Source: a virus. From it: DNA of 64,000 bases. Of this stretch, positions 9,557-18,800 are shown one piece after another. Position 1 is the stretch's first letter. Each line of letters begins with the position of its first letter. The DNA is taken from the IMG/VR virus record IMGVR_UViG_3300020057_000029, positions 64,001 through 128,000 of that record; one strand, given 5' to 3'. The notes under the pieces were generated by a model. It was not told where the DNA came from. It did no database searches and saw only the letters and a list, made by a program, of their open reading frames with translations. The position numbers and the translations under genes were made by a program.

Positions 9557-10075
9557 TTATTTCTTGCCAGAGGTAACGTACATTTGGTCTGCAGTTAGAC
9601 CTGATCTGATAATCAAGTCCATGCGTTTTCGCATATATCTGCAGACGTTCTCTAAAACCTTGATTCGACCATCCACAAAACTTTCTATCGCTTTGAGCAT
9701 AGCAATCCTGTCCAGGGCCTCAACGTAGTCAGCGTCTTGGATAAGATAGGCCTTACGCATATCAGCGTTGTCTTGCGACTTAGGCCTATCCTTCATGAAA
9801 TCAGGGTATTTATCGATAAGCACTGTAGCTTTTGCTTGCTCCAGTGCTTTATCTGCCATTGCTAATTGATAAGTAACAGTAGCGTGGTGACGCTTGAGTT
9901 CTCGATAGGATTCATTGTAAGAGTGTTCCAAATCGGTATAAGTGATTGGGTTGACATCTTTAGCTTCGATGAAACGGAGTTCCGCTTCCTTCGTTGCGTT
10001 GAGATCCAGCTCAATCTTTGGCGTACCCTTAAAAGGGGGTATCACCATTTTCTTATTATCGATTTGGTCAGACAT
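9557..10075 (-). CDS. UvsY-like recombination mediator
   Basis: Helical protein between SSB and RecA; AYLIQDADY...FVDGRIKVLEN pattern. Confidence 0.5.
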   Translation of the reverse strand: MSDQIDNKKMVIPPFKGTPKIELDLNATKEAELRFIEAKDVNPITYTDLEHSYNESYRELKRHHATVTYQLAMADKALEQAKATVLIDKYPDFMKDRPKSQDNADMRKAYLIQDADYVEALDRIAMLKAIESFVDGRIKVLENVCRYMRKRMDLIIRSGLTADQMYVTSGKK

Positions 10076-10078
10076 TTA

Positions 10079-11092
10079 CTATAACCCCACTGACTTTAAA
10101 AATTCAGCATCTTCCTGTTCAGCTATCTTTTGAGCGGTAGTTAGAGCTGGCGCAGCTACTGGCGCAGCTACTGGCGCAGCTACTGGCGCAGCTACTGGCG
10201 CAGCTACTGGCGCAGCTACTGGCGCAGCTACTGGCGCAGCTACTGGCGCAGCTACTGGCGCAGCTACATCTTCGTCTTCATATCCAGTATCATCGGCAAC
10301 AAACTTGGAACCACCATTTGCCGCTCTGCCATATTTACCATCAAGAATCTCGTCTACAGCAGTAGCGCCTTCATTTACGATACGCTGAACTTCTTCCGAA
10401 GTAGGCTTAGTGATCATCTTATCGAGCTCACGGGTTTCAAACTCAAGTCGATCTTGGATTTCTGGAGTAAGAACATGAACCATATCACGTTCTACCTTGC
10501 CAACACCTTGAACATCAAGAACCTGTTTATACACTGACACTTGAACCAAAGTATCAAGGCCCATTCCAGAGCGGTCAAAGTTGAAGAAACGCCCATCATT
10601 TGCAGAAAGAGGGTCTTTGCCTTCAGTGCGTAATTGTTTGATAACTGAGTCTAAAGCTAGTTTTGCCCTATGACGAATTTTCAGCACACCAATGTTACCT
10701 TGAAGGTCCATTGCATTCACGTAATGGTGACTGTCCATGTTATACAAAGGCTTTTGACCACCAAAAAACTTGAACAGGGCGGCTTCTTGTTCTTTGTTGC
10801 CGCTAGCCTTAGCGGCTTCAAGCATAGCTTTTCCTGTAGCTATGCGATTCTTAGCAGCATCTGGGCTATCGATCATTTTGGTTTTATGATTCCTGATCTC
10901 AGAGCTCTGGAAAGTACGCATTTTACCTTCAGAATTCTTATATCCATAATGGATGGACATGAACACAGACCAACGACCATCGTCGGCCAGATCACCGAGA
11001 GGGGGAAGGATACGAAACGTAGAACGTCCGTCCTTGAGTTTAAAATAGTTTTTCTTAGATTCGCCGCCGTAACGTGCATTGCCGATTTTCAT
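10079..11092 (-). CDS. gp32-like single-stranded DNA-binding protein
   Basis: YFKLKDG.STFRILPP, HY, DP...GR.F, acidic C-terminal tail. Confidence 0.75.
   Translation of the reverse strand: MKIGNARYGGESKKNYFKLKDGRSTFRILPPLGDLADDGRWSVFMSIHYGYKNSEGKMRTFQSSEIRNHKTKMIDSPDAAKNRIATGKAMLEAAKASGNKEQEAALFKFFGGQKPLYNMDSHHYVNAMDLQGNIGVLKIRHRAKLALDSVIKQLRTEGKDPLSANDGRFFNFDRSGMGLDTLVQVSVYKQVLDVQGVGKVERDMVHVLTPEIQDRLEFETRELDKMITKPTSEEVQRIVNEGATAVDEILDGKYGRAANGGSKFVADDTGYEDEDVAAPVAAPVAAPVAAPVAAPVAAPVAAPVAAPVAAPVAAPALTTAQKIAEQEDAEFLKSVGL
10148..10267. repeat. Perfect 12-bp tandem repeat x10 (TGGCGCAGCTAC) encoding (VAAP)10
   Basis: Read directly from the sequence. Confidence 0.95.
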
Positions 11093-11106
11093 TGATTACT
11101 CCTTGG

Positions 11107-11412
11107 TTATTTGATTCGTTTTCCGTTGATTGTAGCGTAAGCGCCTTTGATACGTGTTTTGATTACGATGGTTTTAGAGTTGATCTCAAAAGTACCATCT
11201 TTCCGTTCCAAGAATGAGCCCATGCGAGTGTTTTTCTTGGAACGTATCACTCTAGCAATTGTCTCGCCCTTTTCAGTTTGAGTTTCGCCCAAAAGCATGA
11301 GTTCAGTAATCCCAGTCTTAGTGTCGAATGAAAGAACGCCAAGAATATTGGCACCGTGCATATCGAAGACTTTTACTTTCTTTTTGTGTGTATTTTTTAT
11401 CGTAAGTTTCAT
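11107..11412 (-). CDS. Hypothetical basic protein
   Basis: AAGGAGAG RBS. Confidence 0.6.
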   Translation of the reverse strand: MKLTIKNTHKKKVKVFDMHGANILGVLSFDTKTGITELMLLGETQTEKGETIARVIRSKKNTRMGSFLERKDGTFEINSKTIVIKTRIKGAYATINGKRIK

Positions 11413-11447
11413 AGCTCTCCTTTGATTAGTAGTCAGATCAATCCCAG

Positions 11448-12026
11448 TTATTCGGTCAAAATAGTATCAGTCAGGTCAGCCTTGGCCAGGATAGCCTCAG
11501 TCAGGTTTGCCCCAGACAGGTTTGCCACGAAAAGGTTTGCCCCAGACAGGTCAGCCCCGAATAGGTTTGCCCCAGTCAGGAAAGCCCCAGACAGGTTTGC
11601 CCCGAACAGGTTTGCCCTAGTCAGGTCAGCCTTAGTCAGGTTTGCCCCGAACAGGTTTGCCCTAGTCAGGTCAGCCTCAGTCAGGTTTGCCCCAGACAGG
11701 TTTGCCCCAGTCAGGTCAGCCCTAGTCAGGTTTGCCCCAGACAGGTTTGCCCCAGTCAGGTTTGCCCCAGTCAGGTTTGCCCAAGCCAGGTTTGCCTCAG
11801 ACAGGTTTGCCCCAGTCAGGTTTGCCCCAGACAGGTTTGCTAAAGCCAGGTCAGCCCCAGTCAGGTTTGCCCTGGTCAGGTCAGCCCCAGACAGGTTTGC
11901 TAAAGCCAGGTTTGCTAAAGTCAGGTCAACCCCAGTCAGGTTTGCCTTTTCCCCACCTTCTTCACCTTTTAAAAACATAGCATGTAGCTTAAGGATGTTA
12001 TCTAAAATTTGCTTTTCCATATTCAT
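11448..12026 (-). CDS. Pentapeptide repeat protein 1 (probable start 12020)
   Basis: A(N/D)L(S/T/F)x repeats; shared N-cap [17 protein letters not shown]. Confidence 0.9.
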   Translation of the reverse strand: MNMEKQILDNILKLHAMFLKGEEGGEKANLTGVDLTLANLALANLSGADLTRANLTGADLALANLSGANLTGANLSEANLAWANLTGANLTGANLSGANLTRADLTGANLSGANLTEADLTRANLFGANLTKADLTRANLFGANLSGAFLTGANLFGADLSGANLFVANLSGANLTEAILAKADLTDTILTE

Positions 12027-12039
12027 CTCTTAAATTTTT

Positions 12040-12417
12040 TTATCGGCCAAAAATAGTATCAGTCAGGTTTGCCCCAGTCAGGTCAGCCTTGGCCAGGATA
12101 GCCCCGTAAAGGTCAACCCCAGTCAGGTCAGCCCCAGACAGGTCAGCCTTGAACAGGAAAGCCCCAGACAGGTCAGCCTTGAACAGGTTTGCCCCGGTCA
12201 GGTTTGCCTGAGACAGGTCAGCCCCAGTCAGGTCAGTCCAAGACATATTTACCCCAGACAGGTTTGCCCCAGTCAGGTTTGCTAAAGTCAGGTCAACCCC
12301 AGTCAGGTCAGCCCCGCGTAGGTCAACCCCAGACAGGTTTGCCCTTTCCCCACCTTTTTCACCTTTTAAAAACATAGCATGTAGCTTAAGGATGTTATCT
12401 AAAATTTGTTTTTTCAT
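12040..12417 (-). CDS. Pentapeptide repeat protein 2
   Basis: Same N-cap and repeats; tail shifted by a 1-nt insertion relative to paralogues. Confidence 0.9.
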   Translation of the reverse strand: MKKQILDNILKLHAMFLKGEKGGERANLSGVDLRGADLTGVDLTLANLTGANLSGVNMSWTDLTGADLSQANLTGANLFKADLSGAFLFKADLSGADLTGVDLYGAILAKADLTGANLTDTIFGR

Positions 12418-12419
12418 AT

Positions 12420-13193
12420 TTACCTCGTGATAATCTTGTTTTTAATTAAATTGAGCGTGTACTCCACGTTCTCAGCATTAGTGTTTTTCAAAGTATTGAT
12501 ACTGCGCTCTTTGAAACCTTTAGGTGCCTTACCAACAGTAACCATTGCTACGTTTGGTGTCAAGCGTTTAAGTGTGTCTAGCAAAGAAATTGCCAAATTA
12601 GGATCTTGCATACTAAGTACAATTGGAGTTACTTTCTCAGCATGGCCTTTTGCGATTGCAGTATCAGTAACAGCTTGTACTGCATTGATACCAACAATTT
12701 CCGAACCCATCTGATCATTGATAGCTTCTTTTACCAATTCACGAAAGTCAGATTCATTATTAAGCATACGGCGATAGCTTGCCTTGAAAATTAGCTGAGG
12801 ATAGCCGATAATACCAAGCTTTAGAGCAATATCTTCTAAATGGCTGGAAAGAGTCCCAAGCATACTGGAGGTAGACTCACGGCCTTTGTAAAGCTGTGGA
12901 TTTACACGAGCAGCCAAATCGGTATAGAAAGTTTCTGGGTCAGCTTTTAATACACCGTAGTCTTTTTCTAGAGCATCGGCGAGCTGATCGCTTTCCGAAC
13001 CAACAGCGAGGATGAACACTACAGAGCGCATGAGCTCTTGAGCATATTCTGTACGGAGAAGCTTTAGCTGTTCAACAGCCTGGCGTTGACGACCGCGACG
13101 AGCGTTTAGAGTGGTTACTTCACCAGTTTCCACGTCTTCTTCGGCAAGTGCCTTGTTTGTCTTAATTTTTTCTACTAGTTGTTGCAATGACAT
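12420..13193 (-). CDS. Hypothetical protein, possibly a degenerate NMP-kinase-like fold
   Basis: VVFILAVG..SDQLADALEKDYGV resembles a kinase N-terminus but lacks GKS/T. Confidence 0.5.
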   Translation of the reverse strand: MSLQQLVEKIKTNKALAEEDVETGEVTTLNARRGRQRQAVEQLKLLRTEYAQELMRSVVFILAVGSESDQLADALEKDYGVLKADPETFYTDLAARVNPQLYKGRESTSSMLGTLSSHLEDIALKLGIIGYPQLIFKASYRRMLNNESDFRELVKEAINDQMGSEIVGINAVQAVTDTAIAKGHAEKVTPIVLSMQDPNLAISLLDTLKRLTPNVAMVTVGKAPKGFKERSINTLKNTNAENVEYTLNLIKNKIITR

Positions 13194-13195
13194 AT

Positions 13196-13552
13196 TTACT
13201 CCTTATTTGTTTTCTTATCGGCCAAAATAGTACCAGTCAAAACAGTACCAGAAAGGTTTGCCCCAGCAAGGTTTGCCTTAGACAGGTCAGCCCCAGACAG
13301 GATTGCCCCAGTCAGGTCAGCCCCAGTCAGGTCAGCCCCGGTCAGGTTTGCCTTAGACAGGTTTGCTTTAGTCAGGAAAGCCCTAGAAAGGTTTGCCCCA
13401 GACAGGTCAACCACAGACAGGTCAGCCTTAGACAGGTTTGCCTTAGACAGGAAAGCCCCAGACAGGTTTGCCCTTTCGCCACTTTCTCCATCTTTTAAAA
13501 ACATAGCATGTAGTTTAAGGATGTTATCTAAAATTTGCTTTTCCATATTCAC
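13196..13552 (-). CDS. Pentapeptide repeat protein 3 (probable start 13546)
   Basis: Same N-cap and repeats. Confidence 0.9.
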   Translation of the reverse strand: MNMEKQILDNILKLHAMFLKDGESGERANLSGAFLSKANLSKADLSVVDLSGANLSRAFLTKANLSKANLTGADLTGADLTGAILSGADLSKANLAGANLSGTVLTGTILADKKTNKE

Positions 13553-13555
13553 CTC

Positions 13556-14182
13556 TTAAATTTTCTTATCGGCTAAAATAGTATCAGTCAGGTTTGCCTT
13601 AGACAGGTTTGCCCCGAACAGGAAAGCCCCAGCCAGGAAAGCCCCAGACAGGTTTGCCCCAGACAGGTTTGCCTCGAACAGGTCAGTATCTGCCAGGAAA
13701 GCCCCAGACAGGTTTGCCCCGCGTAGGTTTGCCTTAGTCAGGTCAGCCCCAGTCAGGTCAGCCCCAGTCAGGTTTGCCCCAGACAGGTTTGCCCAAGCCA
13801 GGTTTGCCTTAGACAGGTTTGCCCCGCGAAGGTCAACCCCAGACAGGTCAACCCCAGACAGGTTTGCCTCAGTCAGGTTTGCCTTAGACAGGTTTGCCCC
13901 AGACAGGTCAACCCAAGTCAGGTCAGCCCTAGTCAGGTCAGACCCAGTCAGGATTGCCTCAGTCAGGTCAACCCCAGACAAGTCAGCCCCGTAAAGGTTT
14001 GCCCCAGACAGGTTTGCCTTAGACAGGTTTGTCTCAGACAGGTCAACCCCGCGAAGGTCAGCCCCAGACAGGTCAACCCCGAACAGGTCAGCCCCAGACA
14101 GGCTTGCCCTTTCGCCACTTTCTTCACCTTTTAAAAATATAGCATGTAGTTTAAGAATATTATCTAAAATTTGCTTTTCCAT
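13556..14182 (-). CDS. Pentapeptide repeat protein 4
   Basis: Same N-cap and repeats. Confidence 0.9.
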   Translation of the reverse strand: MEKQILDNILKLHAIFLKGEESGERASLSGADLFGVDLSGADLRGVDLSETNLSKANLSGANLYGADLSGVDLTEAILTGSDLTRADLTWVDLSGANLSKANLTEANLSGVDLSGVDLRGANLSKANLAWANLSGANLTGADLTGADLTKANLRGANLSGAFLADTDLFEANLSGANLSGAFLAGAFLFGANLSKANLTDTILADKKI

Positions 14183-14184
14183 AT

Positions 14185-14790
14185 TTACTCCTTATTTGTT
14201 TTCTTATCGGCTAAAATAGTATCAGTCAAAACAGTACCAGTCAGGTCAGCCCCAGACAGGTCAGCCCCAGACAGGTTTGCCCCAGTCAGGTTTGCCTCAG
14301 ACAGGTCAGTATCAGCCAGGAAAGCCCTAGTCAGGTTTGCCCCAGTCAGGTCAGCCTCAGACAGGTTTGCCCCAGACAGGTTTGCCCCAGTCAGGTTTGC
14401 CCTAATCAGGTTTGCCCCGCGAAGGTTTGCCCTAATCAGGCCAGCCTGAGACAGGTTTGCCCCAGACAGGTCAGCCTTGGCCAGGATAGCCCCGAACAGG
14501 TTTGCCCCAGTCAGGTTTGCCCCAGACAGGTCAGCCCCAGACAGGATTGCCACGAAAAGGTCAGCCTCAGACAGGTTTGCCCCAGACAGGTTTGCCCCAG
14601 CAAGGTAGGCCCAAGCCAGGTCAGCCATAATCAGGTTTGCCCCAGCCAGGAAAGCCCCAGAAAGGTTTGCCTCAGACAGGTCAGCCACAAACAGGTTTGC
14701 CCCAGACAGGTTTGCCCTTTCCCCGCCTTTTTCATTGTTCAAAAACATAGCATGTAGTTTAAGGATATTGTCTAAAATTTGCTTTTCCAT
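14185..14790 (-). CDS. Pentapeptide repeat protein 5
   Basis: Same N-cap and repeats. Confidence 0.9.
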   Translation of the reverse strand: MEKQILDNILKLHAMFLNNEKGGERANLSGANLFVADLSEANLSGAFLAGANLIMADLAWAYLAGANLSGANLSEADLFVAILSGADLSGANLTGANLFGAILAKADLSGANLSQAGLIRANLRGANLIRANLTGANLSGANLSEADLTGANLTRAFLADTDLSEANLTGANLSGADLSGADLTGTVLTDTILADKKTNKE

Positions 14791-14802
14791 ATTCGCTCTT
14801 TT

Positions 14803-15075
14803 CTATTTAAATTTTAGATACGTTTTTAAGTCTGTTAGGGATTTGAACTTGACCTTGAAGATGTCTGCCTGTATCTGTCCGGCAAAACTATCTGGATAGC
14901 TTCGCTGTACTACAAGCTTACCATCCGAAGAAGAGAATTCAACAAAAATTCTTTCAGATGCTTTGTTTATCGTTACCTTAAGCAAAAGGCCGCCCTCAAG
15001 ATCTTCCTGCTTCAAAATCTTGTCATCTAGCAGTGTTCCTGGTTTTCTAATTTTTTGATTGTCCAAAACGTTCAT
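14803..15075 (-). CDS. Hypothetical protein
   Basis: Co-oriented ORF. Confidence 0.55.
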   Translation of the reverse strand: MNVLDNQKIRKPGTLLDDKILKQEDLEGGLLLKVTINKASERIFVEFSSSDGKLVVQRSYPDSFAGQIQADIFKVKFKSLTDLKTYLKFK

Positions 15076-15769
15076 TTAGTACCTTTCCTGTAGCCACAGC
15101 TGTAGCCTGACTAGTGCCTGTTAATCTGATATTACACCCTTTTACGTTTTCCCCTATCTCCCATCGAGTTACTGGTGTGCCGTAGTTAGAAGTAAACATC
15201 TTTTTGCCGTTGAGCCCAAGAGCGCCGACCACAATAATCCTTTTGTCGTAGCTCGCTGGAAAAACGTCACTCAGAGTCAAATCGACACCTGAATTCCCAG
15301 CCGCAGATACTATTGTAACACCATTGCCTAAAAGCCGTGCAATTATTTTTTGTTCTTTGTAGTTTGTTTGAGCGCCTTCGCTAGAATAATTGATCATATC
15401 TAATTTCAAGTTCAAGGCGTGCCGTAGCGCAGCATTAGAGGAATCGATTGATTCATTGTTTTTAAGATTCTTGCTATAATATTTAATGATCACCAGGCAG
15501 TAGTCGCCCTTGCCAGCAAATTTGGTTATAATGCCAGCAATATTAGTCCCATGACCATTGCTGTCTGATGGGACCGGGACTACTGTGCCAAATCTCATAG
15601 AGTATTCGTTATCACCAGAAAAGTCTTTGTGTCCGTAATTGCAGAGCTTTGCGCCCTTTGTCACACCGTGCCAACCAAAGCCAGTGTCGATGACCCCAAC
15701 TCTAACAGTCTTTCCGTAAGCTGGGAAAGCGGTTAAAAGTAGGGATAAAAGAAGAAATACGTGCTTCAT
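15047..15769 (-). CDS. Secreted subtilisin-like S8 serine protease
   Basis: Signal peptide MKHVFLLL...AYG; VIDTG (Asp), HGT (His), AAGN, GTSQAT (Ser). Confidence 0.9.
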   Translation of the reverse strand: MKHVFLLLSLLLTAFPAYGKTVRVGVIDTGFGWHGVTKGAKLCNYGHKDFSGDNEYSMRFGTVVPVPSDSNGHGTNIAGIITKFAGKGDYCLVIIKYYSKNLKNNESIDSSNAALRHALNLKLDMINYSSEGAQTNYKEQKIIARLLGNGVTIVSAAGNSGVDLTLSDVFPASYDKRIIVVGALGLNGKKMFTSNYGTPVTRWEIGENVKGCNIRLTGTSQATAVATGKVLNERFGQSKN

Positions 15770-15775
15770 ATTGAA

Positions 15776-15804
15776 AGTATAACCAAGACGGAATGTTAAA
15801 TCAA
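15776..15804 (-). promoter_or_regulatory. Sigma70-type promoter giving a leaderless mRNA
   Basis: TTGATT-17nt-TATACT, 6 nt before ATG 15769, no SD. Confidence 0.6.
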
Positions 15805-15813
15805 TGATAAAAA

Positions 15814-18800
15814 TCACCCTTCAACCGTAACACTCATAATTGACATGTCTTTTTTAGCTACTCGCTTTTTGAAGAAAAAAGTTGCTATTGCGCCTTTTTT
15901 GAGCTCTGGTGGATAAATAAGAATACCGCTGTCGTATTGCGGCCAAAGAACTTTCTCCGAGATGTAGCCATCGCAGTCCAAGATCAATTTAAGGGCTGAC
16001 TTTGTATTTTTAGAAAAGTCAAACTTTTTTGCATCAATTACATAGCAGGTAGCGGCTACGTAAATATCTTTGGTTACCTTGCAGGGGTCAATAAGATCCA
16101 GGCGTTCTAGCTCCGCGCCGCTTACAAGAGAGGTTTCATGTCCATTTGCGCTCATAACAACAATTTCTCTGCCATGTGAAACCAAGACTTTAGAAAATCT
16201 CGCTCCTAAAGACGTAGTGTCAATAGGCATACTTGGAAGTACGCTCTTGCGCATAGCAGCATCTTGCAGGGGATGAAGATTCATGTATTTCTCAGGCAAT
16301 GTGGCACCTGTTGGGGCCAATCCTCTGAATTTACGACCTTCAGACTCTGCCTTTGCGACCTTGTCACGATAAATTTTATTTTGGACCGCATTTTCATATG
16401 CCAATAGCTTTTCTGCCAAATTAGCAGTAGGTGGAAACAGACTGTCTAAAACGTTTACATGGATAAGCTTGTGAGTAAGCGAAGGTCCAGCAACTTCTTT
16501 GTTGACATAATCTGCAATATCCTTATAGGGCCTGCCAGAAACAATAGGGTCGATAGTAGCATCACCTAGCCCACGGATAATGCCGAGCTTAGAGCGAATT
16601 TTACCAAGACTATGATCCACCACCATTGTGTCCGTTGACAGATTGATATCAGGCGGCATCATCAGGTCTTTTACGTAAGACCAAAACTCACCAGTAATTT
16701 CTTTTTCATCAGCATTCGTTAGAACTGCTGCCCACCACTCTAGTGGGTAGTAATGCTTCAAGAACACTCCGGCGTAGGAAATCATAGCATAGGCAACTGA
16801 GTGGGACTTGTTAAAAGAGTAGCGAGAGCTCGTCTCCATCATATCCCAAATCTTATCAGCCTTCTCTTGGCCAATCTTAGGTACAGCAGTGCTCATAAAC
16901 ACGGGTTTCATGTTCAAAGCTTCCACTTTTAATTTCTTAGAGAACAGACGGCGTAATTTCTCAGCATCTGACGGGGTCATACCGCCAAGCTCTTTCGAGA
17001 TCTTAAGAGACTGCTCTTGGAACACGATGATGCCGTAGCTTTCTGGAATTAGGGCGGCTAGCTCTGGCAGGTCAGGGGTAGATCTGCCTTGACGACGCCA
17101 GTAGTATTCTTCGGCCATTGAGCGACCAGTTTTAGGGTCGATGTAATCCAATGGACCTGGGCGTACCAGGGCCAGAATGGTAGAAATGTCTTCAACTGAC
17201 TCAGGCTTGATCTCTTTGACGAAAGGAATCATTGCCTTGGTGCTGATCTGGAAGATAGTCTCAGTAGAACCAGTCCAGATGGATCGGTGAGCTTCCAGGT
17301 CTTCTGGCAAATCCCAAACGTAAGTTTCAGTGCCCTTGTGAGTAAAATATCCAGTCTTAGGCTTCTTGCCGTGTTTTTTGTTGATCAGATTTAGGCAAAC
17401 TTCAATATCTTTTAAGTTCTTAACTACGAGAAAGTCGTACTTGATAAGACCAGCTTGTTCACAGGCCTTTGCTTCATACTGCGTAATATTACCCTCTTTG
17501 GTAGGGACTATATCTCGAATCGGAATGTCAGATAGAACGAATGCAGAGGCGTGCTTAGAAAACGCCCTGGTAATACCCATCGCCCTGGATACGATAGCCC
17601 ACTCTTCAGGGCGCTCAGTAACGTACTTTTTAAGTTCATCGGAAATCTCAATAAGACCAGGGACGTGAGCGCCATCGTTCTCATAACCAAATACGAATTG
17701 GGAGTCTGTAACGCCCTGTGGAGGATCTGGAAGGCCGTCAGTAAGGCTTTCGATTGCTGGCTCTACCTTGCCTTTAAAGTACCTGTTTGTGTCCTTAATG
17801 GTCGATTTTAGGCGCAGAGTGTGGCGCGTAGAGATCTGAGCGGCTCGATTGCCGTATTTACCATAAAGATAGCCTGATTTAGCATCTTTTCCTACCAACA
17901 GTTCTCTATCCGCAAAATCAGAATCCACGTCAGGATAATCCCCATTGGCCAAACGATCATTGGACAGAAACCTAGGGAAAGAAAGTCCGTATTTTATCGG
18001 ATTTACCTGTGTAATTCCCAATAGATAGCAGAAAAGCGAACCTCCTGCAGAATTATGAACAGCGTAGTTGGAGGTTGTATAGCTATGGTCATCTTCTACT
18101 GTTATGTCAAAAACTCTATTTTCAGAAGTCTCTGAAACAGAAGTGATCTTGGCCATATACCCATCTTCATTTTCGAGCAATGTTTTGGATTTTGGGGTTT
18201 TTAATCCTTCAAATGTTATCTTATAAGACTCTCGGCAAATTTTGCCGCAGTTCACGTATCTGTAAGATTTTCTAGTATTCACAGAGCTTGGTATCTTTAA
18301 ATATAGAAGCGCTAGTTTTAACTCTCCAATCATCGTATCACTAGTAGAACGCATATGTTCTCTAGCAATGCCTCTTTTGAAATTTCTTGACATGTGACTG
18401 TCAGCGTCGAAAAGTCCGATCAAAAGGTTTTTCAATAAGCTGTCATTTAAATCTAGAAATTGACCCAAATACTTTGCATGTGATTTATATTTGTACTCAG
18501 GAAACAGATGTTTGAACAGGCCCGACAGTGTTTCTCCATACACAAGGGCTTGAACCAGTTTTTTAGTTTTGTGTTTTACAAAAGAAACGCTTAATCCGAG
18601 ACTTTTTGCCCATTCAGACAGCTCGTTAATTCCGTCTAGATCGTCGGAGTGATAAGCAATACCCCAACAAGCATGGTTTTTTTCCTGCTTGATCCAGCCA
18701 TTGCCTATCCATCTTCCTATGATTTTTGCGGTGATTTCGTCAAATTCAAACCATCTTTTGCATTCAAATATGTTTAAACTGTCCTTTGACATACTGTAAA

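Noticed and set aside
11356-14449. Plus-strand ORFs such as RFAPVRSA... and PQSGL... repeats
   Set aside because: They are antisense shadows of the 15-nt pentapeptide repeats; the minus-strand genes have RBSs and shared caps.
11448-14790. CRISPR array or diversity-generating retroelement
   Set aside because: There are no unique spacers between constant repeats, no reverse transcriptase in the window, and the variation is not adenine-specific.
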